Positions 51,289 through 60,887 of a stretch of 64,000 nucleotides of DNA are shown here, piece by piece. The number at the start of each line of letters is the position of its first letter. Position 1 is the stretch's first letter. The position numbers were made by a program, and so were the translations under genes. Under the pieces are notes generated by a model, which saw nothing but the letters and a program-made list of their open reading frames with translations, was not told where the DNA came from and ran no database searches. This DNA is from an uncultured delta proteobacterium (GTDB lineage Bacteria > Desulfobacterota > Syntrophorhabdia > Syntrophorhabdales > WCHB1-27), in NCBI GenBank assembly GCA_963810935.1, contig CAWEPK010000005.1, forward strand, positions 224,001 to 288,000, written 5' to 3'.

Positions 51289-52082
51289 TTCGCCTCCCGG
51301 TCGTCGCTTAGCGCATCGGCTGATTTTATGATGACGATGTGGCTGTGCGATACGTAGGCGCCGGTGAAATACGAAGGGCGGTAAGGGGCGATGCCCGAGA
51401 CCGGACGCGTTATATCTCCCATGCCCTGTTCGTCCATGAGCTGCTTGACGAGTCCTACCATGCCGTAGTCGTGGCTTTTGAAACGCTGTCTGAGGCTCGC
51501 ATACTTACGAAGCCGCAAGACCCATTGCGTGCCGACCTCTTTTCCCGTCATCCGCGCGGCCAGGCGCAAAAGGAGCGAAACGACCCTGTAGCGGAAGGAC
51601 GGGCGGCCGTACTGCCGGTACCTCTTTCCGTCAGGCCAGTCGCCCCAGTAGCCCGTGCCCCAGTCCTCGATAGCGTAAATGCCGCCCGGCTTCAGGTGTT
51701 TCAGGAACAGGTGCCAGAAGGAGATCCGCGTCTGCTCCCCCATGTGGGAGCAATCGTCGATGATTATGTCGAAACCGCCGGGCGCGCTCTCCGCGCGAAT
51801 GCGGTCGAGCAGGCGCAGGTCGTCCTGCATCCCCCGGTAAACCCTGATGCGTCCGGTCTTATCCTCTATCGGGCACGGGTCCACGTCCAGCCCGGCTATC
51901 GTCCCCTTCTCGAAATAGTCGCGCCACATCAGCAACGAGCCGCCTTTCAGTATGCCCAGCTCCAGAAGCTTTACTTCTTTTTCCGCAAGGGGTGCGAAGA
52001 ATTTTTCGTACGCCCGCAGATAGTGGCTCAAATCTATTTTGTCCGTGTCGTACCACTGTGCGTCGAGTTTTTTCGTGCTCAT
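51285..52082 (-). CDS. Class I SAM methyltransferase (MycE/TylE sugar O-methyltransferase-like)
   Basis: TDK..HY..YE, LLELGILKGGSL.MW.DYF, FDIIIDDCSH, LKPGGIYAIED. Confidence 0.82.
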   Translation of the reverse strand: MSTKKLDAQWYDTDKIDLSHYLRAYEKFFAPLAEKEVKLLELGILKGGSLLMWRDYFEKGTIAGLDVDPCPIEDKTGRIRVYRGMQDDLRLLDRIRAESAPGGFDIIIDDCSHMGEQTRISFWHLFLKHLKPGGIYAIEDWGTGYWGDWPDGKRYRQYGRPSFRYRVVSLLLRLAARMTGKEVGTQWVLRLRKYASLRQRFKSHDYGMVGLVKQLMDEQGMGDITRPVSGIAPYRPSYFTGAYVSHSHIVIIKSADALSDDREAK

Positions 52083-53227
52083 GCAGCACCCAGGTACAGC
52101 TCTTTGATTCTCCGGCCGACATGCTTCAGCGAGAAGTTTTCCGTCGCCCGTTCTCTCCCGGACGCTCCCATATCGGACATCCGGTTCCGGTTCCCTATCA
52201 TCGAGTAAATCGCGTCTCGCAGGGCTGCGCCGTCCCCCGGAGGGACGAGGATGCCCTGCCTGCCGTCTTCCACCGCCTCGGGGATACCGCCCGTCCTGGA
52301 AGCTATAACGGCCTTCCCCGATGCCATCGCCTCGAGGATGGTTATCGAGAAGGTTTCGAACAGCGAAGGAAGGACGAAGCAATCGATGGCGCCGTAAAAT
52401 GCCGGCAATGTATGATTGGGAACGGGGCCCAGCAGGTGAAAATTGGAGGGCCTCCCCTTTTTTTCTATCTCCTTTGTAAAAGACGCATCGACCGGGCCGG
52501 CGGCGAAAAACTCCGCCTTGCCCTGCATACCCCTTGCCGCTTCCATCAGCAGGTCCGTCCCTTTTGCCGGTCCCAGCCTTCCCACCGTTCCGACCCTCGG
52601 GAGGCGCCTGTCGTATAGCTCTTCGAAGGCCACCTCGCTTCTATCGGCGGGATGGAATAGCTCCGTGTCTACGCCGTTGTAAATGACCTCCACGCCCGGT
52701 TTGGCGCCGAGCCTTTTCTCGAGCTCGCCCTTGCTCCACGCCGAGCAGGTGACCATAACGTCTACCGACCTGTTTATCATACCCTTCAAATGAGCGTAAA
52801 TCGGAGAAAGCCAGGGGCCGTGGAAGTGGATGATCTTCCTTGCGCCGTTGCCTATGAAGGGGAAAATAAGGCTTTCGGTCGCGTAATTGACCGCAACCAC
52901 GTCTGACCGCCCCATCAGTTTCTTAATCGTCCCGGGAGGCGTAAGCAGGCTTAAGGCCTCGACATCGAACTCGTTCACTTTACTGCGGAGCCAGCCGCGG
53001 ATGAGGCGCCGGGAGAAGGCGGAATTCCTCGATATGTAGCGCAGAGCGTGCAACACAACGCCCGAGGACGCAAGGAGCCTCTTCGTATCGCCGGTCGGCT
53101 CTCCCTTGCCGGAAACGATATGGACTTCGCATTCACCAGACAGGACCCGCGCCGTGTTCAGCACGAACGTCTCCGCACCTCCGAAGCATGTGGCGGCCGA
53201 TCCTGATACAATGCAAACCGCCTTCAT
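52079..53227 (-). CDS. Glycosyltransferase family 4
   Basis: GGAE, IYNGVD, GRLGPAKG, FVLPSLFETF...LEAMASGK. Confidence 0.93.
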   Translation of the reverse strand: MKAVCIVSGSAATCFGGAETFVLNTARVLSGECEVHIVSGKGEPTGDTKRLLASSGVVLHALRYISRNSAFSRRLIRGWLRSKVNEFDVEALSLLTPPGTIKKLMGRSDVVAVNYATESLIFPFIGNGARKIIHFHGPWLSPIYAHLKGMINRSVDVMVTCSAWSKGELEKRLGAKPGVEVIYNGVDTELFHPADRSEVAFEELYDRRLPRVGTVGRLGPAKGTDLLMEAARGMQGKAEFFAAGPVDASFTKEIEKKGRPSNFHLLGPVPNHTLPAFYGAIDCFVLPSLFETFSITILEAMASGKAVIASRTGGIPEAVEDGRQGILVPPGDGAALRDAIYSMIGNRNRMSDMGASGRERATENFSLKHVGRRIKELYLGAA

Positions 53228-54201
53228 CTGCCGGCCGTCCTGCTGCGCAGCTCGCGCCGGATGCTCTCGCGCTCCAACGATTTAAAAAGTTTCCTGTAGA
53301 ACAGCCGGGCCAGCCCCTCGTGGCAGCCGCAAAGGCGCCTCGCCGCCAGTATAATGAGCGGTCTTGTTACGCTGTTGATCGCCATGTCCGCAAGGAAATA
53401 TCGTAGCCTTTTGGCCGGGGAAGAGCCTTTGTAAAACCCCACAGTCGAAAGCAGCCGTTTCAGTTGCGGTGATTTCTTGTACCAGACCGCGAGGGTTTTC
53501 CCGCTTAAGCGCGCCAGCCTGACGTAATCGTCCTCCGACAGGTAATGGTAGTGGCAGCCCCGGCACTCCTTGTCGTAGACGATCCTGAGGCCGTGATGCG
53601 AGAGCCTTTCCGCGAGCTCGATATCGTCGTTGTACCGGAGGTCTTCATCGAAAAGACCATATTTCATCAGAAAGCTTTTCTTTACGGAGATGTTGCAGGT
53701 ATAGAAGGCGTTCCAGGGCAGCTCCGTCGTATTCTCCCAGAGGGCGTAGGCGGAATCGAGGTGCAGGCCGGCAAAGAGCGACGGAGGCAGGTCGGGAGAG
53801 ATGGTGACGTTCCCGAGGAATGCGCACGGTTCATCCGCATATGTGAGATGCGCGGCCAGATGTCTTGCAACGACGTCGGGCGCTGCTATCGTATCGTCGT
53901 TCAGGAAAAGCAGGATATTGCCGCGGCAGCATTTGATCGCCCTGTTGCGCGCAGCGTTCTGTCCGGAATTTTCCTGCCTGATGAATTGAAGGTCGAGGCT
54001 GCTTTCCGCCGAAAAACAGCGAACGACTTCCGCAGTCTCGTCGGCAGATCCGTCGTCCACAACGATTACCTCGAAGGCGTCCTTCGGCGCGGTCTGCCCT
54101 TCCAGGGCTTGCAGGCACTTCAGGAGGGTTTGCGCCCGGTTATACGTCGGGACGATAACGGTAAGCTTGTTTGCGGCGCTGTCGTCTGTCATATCAGCCA
54201 T
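53224..54201 (-). CDS. Glycosyltransferase family 2
   Basis: VIVPTYNR, VVDDGS, ARN, FLNDD, FDE..DDIEL. Confidence 0.93.
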   Translation of the reverse strand: MADMTDDSAANKLTVIVPTYNRAQTLLKCLQALEGQTAPKDAFEVIVVDDGSADETAEVVRCFSAESSLDLQFIRQENSGQNAARNRAIKCCRGNILLFLNDDTIAAPDVVARHLAAHLTYADEPCAFLGNVTISPDLPPSLFAGLHLDSAYALWENTTELPWNAFYTCNISVKKSFLMKYGLFDEDLRYNDDIELAERLSHHGLRIVYDKECRGCHYHYLSEDDYVRLARLSGKTLAVWYKKSPQLKRLLSTVGFYKGSSPAKRLRYFLADMAINSVTRPLIILAARRLCGCHEGLARLFYRKLFKSLERESIRRELRSRTAGR

Positions 54202-54213
54202 TTGGAAACACGT

Positions 54214-55348
54214 TTATCGGGCGCCCCGCGCGACGGCCTCAAAGACCCGCGCCACGTCGTGCGCCGCCGACTCCCACGTGAAGCGGCCGGCCCTATCCAG
54301 ACCCTTGTTTATGCACTTCCGGCGAAAGACATCGTCGGATAAGATTCTTTCCATGGCGCCTGTCAGGGCATCGACGCTGCCGGGCCTCACGAGCAGGCCC
54401 GCGTCCCCCACGACTTCGGGTAGTGAAGTGCAGTCGGAGCTGACAACCGGGCAGCCGCACGCCATAGCCTCGAGGCACGGCAGGCCGAACCCTTCGTAAA
54501 GCGACGGATAAGCAAAAACGTCCGCAAGGCCGTACAGCGCGGGCAGGTGGGCATGCGGGACAAGACCCGTGAATTTAATCTCTTTCGCGTACGGGGAGCC
54601 GGTGATGGCCGCCTCATCCTCTGCCGGCAAAAAATCCCTGGGGCCCGTTATAACGAGACTGTGTCCGTACCCTTTAGCCTTCAGTGCGTCGAAGGACTTG
54701 ACCAGCCCCGTAAGGTTCTTTCTCCTGTTGATGCGGCCGACGAAGAGAATATACCGCTCGCCGCCTGAAATGGCGTATCTCTCGATGGTCCGTCTCGCCG
54801 CCGCCCTGTCTTCGACGGGCCTGAAAACCGGATCGACTCCGTTGTAGCTCACATATATGCGGCCGGGCGGCAGGTGATAGGCATCCGCGATCTCGCGGCG
54901 CGAATATTCGGAGACCGTGAGGACGGCGCGCGCCCTCCGGGCAAAAAACGGCACAAGAAGACGGTCTTTGACCCTGTCGAATGCGGAAAAGCTGTCGGGC
55001 ACATGGAGGTAGGAAAGGTCGTGTACTGTCAGAATAAGCTTTCCCCTGTAAATGGGCGGGCCGTAATAGGTGGCGTGGAGGAGGTCGATTGCGTCCCTGA
55101 ACGTCTGAAGGCCCAACAGGGGCATGCGGACGAAGGGAGACGGTGAGGGGACGACGCGCAAGTGCACGTTTGGAAGCCCCCCGAGCCTGCTGTAATAGGG
55201 GTTGGACGCGTCGGTGATATAGAGGAAGTATTCATGCCCCGGGGCAATCCGCACCAGTTGCTCGACGATATTCCTTATATAAGTGCAGTTGCCCGTTCCC
55301 TCCCGCTCTGCCGCATGAAAATCGATTCCGATGCGCGAGGAGACTCAA
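54214..55348 (-). CDS. Glycosyltransferase family 4 (GT1_MtfB-like; likely 1-nt indel near the start)
   Basis: Upstream RIGID..TG..Y in frame; TVHDL, FVGRINRRKN, PSLYEGFGLPCLEAMACGCPV. Confidence 0.9.
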
Positions 55349-56289
55349 GGCGACGTGCCCGTATTCGGGAAATGCGCCAGGACAAGCTTCAGGTACTGCC
55401 CCATTCTGCGCCCCTTTTCCCTGGCCTTCTGGTCCCTCGATGCCATAAACCACAGTTTGTAAAGCGCCGCTCTGAGGGCGAAGTTGACGCAGAACAGGAT
55501 ATCGAACAGCACCAGTCCTTTGCCGCTGTTGTATCGCCCGTACAGGCTGCGCATATTCTCGAGCCACGCGAAGGAGAGGCCCCCGTTTACCGGGGCCGCC
55601 CTCGTCGCCCCCTGAAGATGGACGATGCTCAGGCCCGGCAGGTAGAATATTCTGTGCCCCGACGCCCGCATGCGGCACCCCCATTCCACGTCGTCGGCAT
55701 ACAGAAAAATGCTCTCGTCCATCATTCCCACTTCCGGGAGGATGGAGCGCCTGACGAGGAAATCGGCGCCGCAGATCCAATCGACTTCCATGGGCCCTCT
55801 GAAGCCGGAATAGTTCAGGTATAGGGTCTTTACACCTGGGACAATTTTCGACAGGAAGAGGGCATAGCTCGCCACGCTCGCGAGGGTGGGCCTGAAACCG
55901 GCGTCCCCTACCTGGTGGCTGCCGTCCGGGAAAATGAGCCTGCACCCGCTCGCGGACGCCTGCGGGTGCTCGTCCATGAAACGCAGCCAGGCGGCCAGCG
56001 TGTGCCGGTCCGGCATCACGGTATCGGGGTTAAGGAGGAGGACGTACTCCCCCGAGGCCTTCTCCAGCGCCAGATTGTTTGCCTTGGTGAACCCCAGGTT
56101 TTCGGCGGCCACCACCAGATCGACCCGGGGGAATTGCCTGCGTACCATGTCTACCGACCCGTCGGTCGATGCATTATCGACGACGATCACTTCAAACGGG
56201 GCAGACAGGTCCTGGCTGAAGAGAGAGTCGAGGCACTGACCGAGCAGCTCCGCTGTATTCCAGTTTACAAGGACGACGGAGAGCTTCAT
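55345..56289 (-). CDS. Glycosyltransferase family 2 (rhamnosyltransferase-like)
   Basis: VNWN, VVDNAS, NLGFTKANN, LLNPD, WICGA, FLYADDVEW. Confidence 0.93.
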   Translation of the reverse strand: MKLSVVLVNWNTAELLGQCLDSLFSQDLSAPFEVIVVDNASTDGSVDMVRRQFPRVDLVVAAENLGFTKANNLALEKASGEYVLLLNPDTVMPDRHTLAAWLRFMDEHPQASASGCRLIFPDGSHQVGDAGFRPTLASVASYALFLSKIVPGVKTLYLNYSGFRGPMEVDWICGADFLVRRSILPEVGMMDESIFLYADDVEWGCRMRASGHRIFYLPGLSIVHLQGATRAAPVNGGLSFAWLENMRSLYGRYNSGKGLVLFDILFCVNFALRAALYKLWFMASRDQKAREKGRRMGQYLKLVLAHFPNTGTSP

Positions 56290-56292
56290 ACC

Positions 56293-56390
56293 GCAATTAT
56301 CGGGGCTCAGCGCCCCCTCGCCGGGCGAAGCCTCGACCCTTCCCTCCTTACGTCGGGCGGGTTCTGCCCCGCCCGCGCGGAGGAGGGGGT
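56293..56390 (+). repeat. Dispersed REP-like repeat, copy D (5' box conserved, remainder divergent)
   Basis: GCAATTATCGGGGCTCAGCGCCCCCTC plus hairpins, intergenic within the EPS operon. Confidence 0.7.
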
Positions 56391-56392
56391 GG

Positions 56393-57877
56393 CTACGAGC
56401 CGGGCCCTTCGTCATCGCTTGCGTACCTGATGGATATGGCGCCAATGAGACCCATCAGGCTGTAGAAAAGCATCGACGTACTCATAAGCATGCGAAAGCC
56501 CGGGTCGACGAATCCATGAATCGCGTGGGCTACCATACCAGCGATGGCCCCGATTACTACGGCCCTCTCCCAGGGCCCCGCCCTCACCAGGCATTTCAGC
56601 CCGACAAAGAAGGATGAAAGGAAGAGCCCGCAGAAGGCGACAAGGCCGATTGTGCCCGTCTCGCACCACACCCACAGGTAAAGGTTGTGGACGACGTGCT
56701 GGACGTCGCCTTCATCCTTAAAAACCGACGAGCCGCCCGTTGTATCGTAAGTCCTGAAAACCCTGGCAAAGTTATTGAGGCCGACCCCGGTAATCGGGAA
56801 TTGCCTGACGATCGAGAAGGCGGCTGTATTCAGCGGCCGCCTCGACCTTGCCGACACGTCCTCGAAAGTAAGGCGGCTCCGGATAGCGGGGACCACGACA
56901 AGAACGAACGTCAGGGTAACGAGGAATAGCCCCGGTATCAGGTAAGCATACGCCTTCGGCTGCGCCAGCTTTTTGGCGTAGACGACAAAGAACACGAGGG
57001 GGAGGGACAAGGGAAGCGTAATCCACGCCCCCCTCGACATCGTAGTGACTATACCGACTATGCCGGCAACCACGGCAATCAGATAAAACAGCTTGAGAAA
57101 CGCCCGTTCCTCGACCAGGAACATGGCGAATGCAAATGGGATAAGCATCTCGAAATAGTAGGCCATTACGTTCGGATGGCCGATCGTCCCTCCGGCCCTC
57201 GTGAGAAAAGACCAGTACACGGGGGCAAGCCTCTCTCCCAGCACTGTAAGGCCGAGGGCCTGGCCGGTCCTGTACTGGTAAAAAGCGATGGCCGACTCCA
57301 GTATGAGGCCGAGGGCCAGGGAAAAGATGAACGTCGATATCTGCTCCTTGCCCTTGAGGTTCATGATAATGAAGAAAATAAGGAACAGCATCGTCAGGCG
57401 GACGAGCTCCAGGACGACCAGCTCCGGGGAGCTTGCGTTATAGAAGCTCAGGCAGCCTGCCATCATATACAGGATAGGCGCCCATAAAAGATATTTGTCG
57501 TAACGGAAAAGCGGGCCGGAAGCCGCGCGGCCGTGCTGGTACCAAAAAATAACGTACAGGACGAACGCGCTAAGGAGGGTGACCCCGATATCGACGCTCG
57601 TGACACCGACGTAGGCACGGTAAAAGAGGTTGACATCAAGGTTGAACGGGATGCCGAGACCCAAAAAGAGCAGGGCCCATCGCGCGATCCCCTGCTGCGA
57701 GGAAAAATAAGAGAGAAAGATTACGCCGGCCAGTATAAAGGAGACGGCGAAAACCGACTTGAATCCGTATTGCGCCAGGGTGATGGCGAGGACCACGGAA
57801 ATCGATCCGAGGATAAAGGAAACGAAGGCCTTTAAATAGGCCCTTTCTACGGGGGGTGTTGTCTCTCGATAATGCAT
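56393..57877 (-). CDS. O-antigen ligase / Wzy_C-family polymerase
   Basis: RAGGTIGHPN, TMSRGAW, GVGLNNF, VHNLYL..ETGTIG. Confidence 0.88.
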   Translation of the reverse strand: MHYRETTPPVERAYLKAFVSFILGSISVVLAITLAQYGFKSVFAVSFILAGVIFLSYFSSQQGIARWALLFLGLGIPFNLDVNLFYRAYVGVTSVDIGVTLLSAFVLYVIFWYQHGRAASGPLFRYDKYLLWAPILYMMAGCLSFYNASSPELVVLELVRLTMLFLIFFIIMNLKGKEQISTFIFSLALGLILESAIAFYQYRTGQALGLTVLGERLAPVYWSFLTRAGGTIGHPNVMAYYFEMLIPFAFAMFLVEERAFLKLFYLIAVVAGIVGIVTTMSRGAWITLPLSLPLVFFVVYAKKLAQPKAYAYLIPGLFLVTLTFVLVVVPAIRSRLTFEDVSARSRRPLNTAAFSIVRQFPITGVGLNNFARVFRTYDTTGGSSVFKDEGDVQHVVHNLYLWVWCETGTIGLVAFCGLFLSSFFVGLKCLVRAGPWERAVVIGAIAGMVAHAIHGFVDPGFRMLMSTSMLFYSLMGLIGAISIRYASDDEGPGS

Positions 57878-57916
57878 ATGCTTGCTACGACACAAAAGGG
57901 ATAAAACGCGGTGCGG

Positions 57917-58660
57917 TTACAACCTCTTGTAGATGGCCTCCGGAATCACGAACCTCTGTTTGTTGAGGATGGCGCCCAGGATACGCACATTGGCGCTTTC
58001 CAGCTCCCTCTTGGCCGATCTCGCAACCTCCCATCGCGTTTTGCCTGCCTGTATCACCATGATCAACCCGTCCATCTTGCTTGCCACAAGCAGGCTTTCC
58101 GGGCTTCCAAGGATTGAAGAAGAATCGAAGATAATCAGGTCGAACCGGTCGCGCAGTTTTTGCATGATCGTAGAAAACTTTGCCGATTCATACAGGGCGA
58201 CGGGGTTATCGAACGTTTGCCCGGCTTGCATGAAATAGAACCTTTTGAAAGCGACTTCACTGGCCGCGTCCTCTACGTCGCCCTTGCCCTGGATCAGGTC
58301 GACCAGTCCTTTCTTCCTTTTCTTTACTTCGAACTGGTAGTGCAGGATGGGCGCTCTTAAATTGCCGTCGATGAGGATAACGCTTTTCGGGCAGCTTGTG
58401 GCGAAGGCCGTCGCGAAGTTGAAGGCCATCGTGGACGCGCCTTCCCCTCCCCTTATGCCGGCGACAGCTATCGCGAACCCCTTCTTTCCCTTGGCCGCCC
58501 TGGTGTTTCCTTCATGTTCCCTGACGGCGCCCTCCCTGTCCGCCTGCATCAGGAGCTTCCACAGCACCTTATAGAAATGGTCATGCATGAACGTCAGGTT
58601 GCGAAGCTGACTGCCGCCGAGCCAGCCGAGCATGGGCATTTCTTTTTCCTGGTACGCCAT
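57917..58660 (-). CDS. CpsD/CapB-family tyrosine-kinase-like protein with degenerate Walker A
   Basis: GIRGGEGAST, LIDGNLRAP, FDLIIFDS, ILGAILNK. Confidence 0.85.
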   Translation of the reverse strand: MAYQEKEMPMLGWLGGSQLRNLTFMHDHFYKVLWKLLMQADREGAVREHEGNTRAAKGKKGFAIAVAGIRGGEGASTMAFNFATAFATSCPKSVILIDGNLRAPILHYQFEVKKRKKGLVDLIQGKGDVEDAASEVAFKRFYFMQAGQTFDNPVALYESAKFSTIMQKLRDRFDLIIFDSSSILGSPESLLVASKMDGLIMVIQAGKTRWEVARSAKRELESANVRILGAILNKQRFVIPEAIYKRL

Positions 58661-58788
58661 CGATTCACCGTTGTTTCGACTGCGGACAGGCATCTGTTAC
58701 AACCTCACGCCCGGGAGTCGCACTTCTTTCCCGGTCCCTTCATAAACGAAGCGGCGTTCGTAAGCATAGAGCATAAAGCAAAAGCCTC

Positions 58789-60817
58789 TCATTTCCGGAC
58801 CTCACTGTAAGGGCCGGTATTTCCACTGCCCGGCCTCGGCGTGCCGCCGTTGATATCGGCGCCCTGAGGCTGTGCACCCCTCAATTGCACCTCCATCTGG
58901 CCTCTGACCCGCTGAAGCTCCGCATCTATCTCGGCCCGCTCCTTTTCAAGCGTAGCGCGCCGCTGCTCCAGATCGTCTGCATGCACGTGCATCTCATCCC
59001 CCCCGACGGCAGCGCTCGGCGCGGCCTGCTTGGGGCGATCTTCACCGAGGAGGGCAGCGGGGTACACGGACGCAAGGGCGACCTGCCCGTAAGGCGACGC
59101 GCTCCGGCTCCCCGCCTGGGCGGTAAGGATAGATTCACTCAGCACCACGGGGTTCTTATGCTCGTATAGCATATAGCTGCCCATCCCTACCCCGAGCATC
59201 ACGAAGAAGATCAGCATATTCATGCCGCCGGGCATAAAGGAGCCGCGCTGCGGCTGCGGAGCCGGCTGCATTTGATTGTCACGCCCGAAGGCCCTGCGCA
59301 AGTTTTCCAACCCTCTTTTCACCCCCTGACTGACGGGTTGCAATTCGGGTCCGATCAGGAGCGGCATTGAAAGCAGGAGGGGGACGCCGAGGACATCTAC
59401 AATATCCTCGTTGCCCCTGAACGTATGGTTGAAGAACTCGTTCACCGCCGAGAAGCCGAATCCCAGCAGGAGGCCGACGAGGGCAGAGATAAGCACGATA
59501 AGGTTCTTCTTGGGATAAGAAGCCGTCAGCGGCGGGATCGCGGGCATCGCTATTTTCACGTCGGAGATGCGCCGCGAGTCGAGGTCGTCGGAGATGCGCA
59601 GGTCTTCCGCTTTCTTCTTATAGATCTGGTAGTTCTGCTCCGTGAGGTCCCTCTCCCTCTCGAGTCTGTCTCAGCGAGACCGTCTTAAGGTTGATGTCCT
59701 CTATCTTCTTCTTCGAATTGTCCAGTTCACGCTCCAGGCTGGCTTTCCTCGTCTGGAGGAGAGAAAGGTCCAGGTTCGATATGTTGATGAGGCTCTCGGT
59801 CTTCTGCCTGCGCAGGCCGGCTATCTGGCCGTCGATCGCCTTGATCTCGTCCGATTTCGTCGTGTAGAACTTCAGCATCCTCTCGCGTTCAGCCCGGAGA
59901 CGGAAGTACGACTCATCGATCGCGCGCAGGTACGTCTGTTTATCGACTGTAAGCGAGCCCAGCTCCGGTGTCTCGACCCATCCCCGGCTGCCTGCCATCT
60001 CTCTTATCTTGCTCATCTTTGTCTGGGACTGCGAATAATCGACCGTCACAACGTTCAACTGGGTCTGCAGGTCCGCCATGCTGCGCAACAGAAGCTCTTT
60101 CTGGAGGACGATGTTGGCTATGTTCGTGCCCGAGAGGAAGTTCTGAAGCTTGTCCTCTGCATCCCTCAGCTTCTTCTCGAACAGTGTTATCTGGTCTATG
60201 TAGAAGCGGTACGATTTCTGAGATTCGTAAACGAGCATATGCTGCGTCACGAACTCATCGGCGTAGACATTCGCCACGACGGCGGCGAACTTGGGGTCGG
60301 TCCAATCGAAGGCGACCGAGATCATGTCCGTATCTTCGAGGTACGTTACATGGAGTGCGTTAAGGAACGCCATGACGGTGCCTTTTTCAGGACCCACCGG
60401 CCTCGAAGAAAAACCCACCAGGGATAGGAGGTTCCCGACCACATTTTTGATGCCTTCGAAGATTCTGCCGACGATCGACTCATCCGTCTTTAGGGGCTCG
60501 ATCCTGTCCTTCAGCCGGGCGATTACCTTCTCGGTAAGGTACTGGCCCTTGAGAAGCTCCATCTCGTTGCGGATGTTCTGCGTCCTTTCCTGGAAAACGA
60601 CATTGTACATTTCCGGCCGGAATTGCTCCATCGACGATACCTGGGGCTTGCCCATCTTGACGAGGAGCTTCGTTTCCGCCCGGTATACCGGCGGGGTAAT
60701 TACGCAGTAAACGAGAGACATAACGATGGCCGTCAGAAAGACGGTAGTAATGACGACCCTATTCTTAAAAAAGATATAGAGTACGTCCCTGGCGGTCAGT
60801 AATTTCTTTGCTTCCAT
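58789..60817 (-). CDS. Wzc/GumC polysaccharide co-polymerase (frameshifted near 59660)
   Basis: N-terminal TM, PVYRAETKLLV, coiled-coil periplasmic domain, PKKNLIV TM, EFFNHTF..DI..LGVPLL. Confidence 0.88.
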
Positions 60818-60887
60818 TTCCCTTCTCCCGTCTCTACCCCGCCCTTCGTGAGAGCCAAAGGACCAGACGGCGTTCCGCTAAAGCCCA

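Noticed and set aside
279..59700. Split genes (selB x3, sigma-54 activator, crotonase, hbd, O-methyltransferase, FkbM, SpoIID x2, TPR, GT4, co-polymerase) as pseudogenes, phase variation or programmed frameshifts
   Set aside because: Single-base indels are scattered through unrelated genes, several in homopolymers, with otherwise intact motifs; sequencing error is the simpler explanation, testable by read polishing
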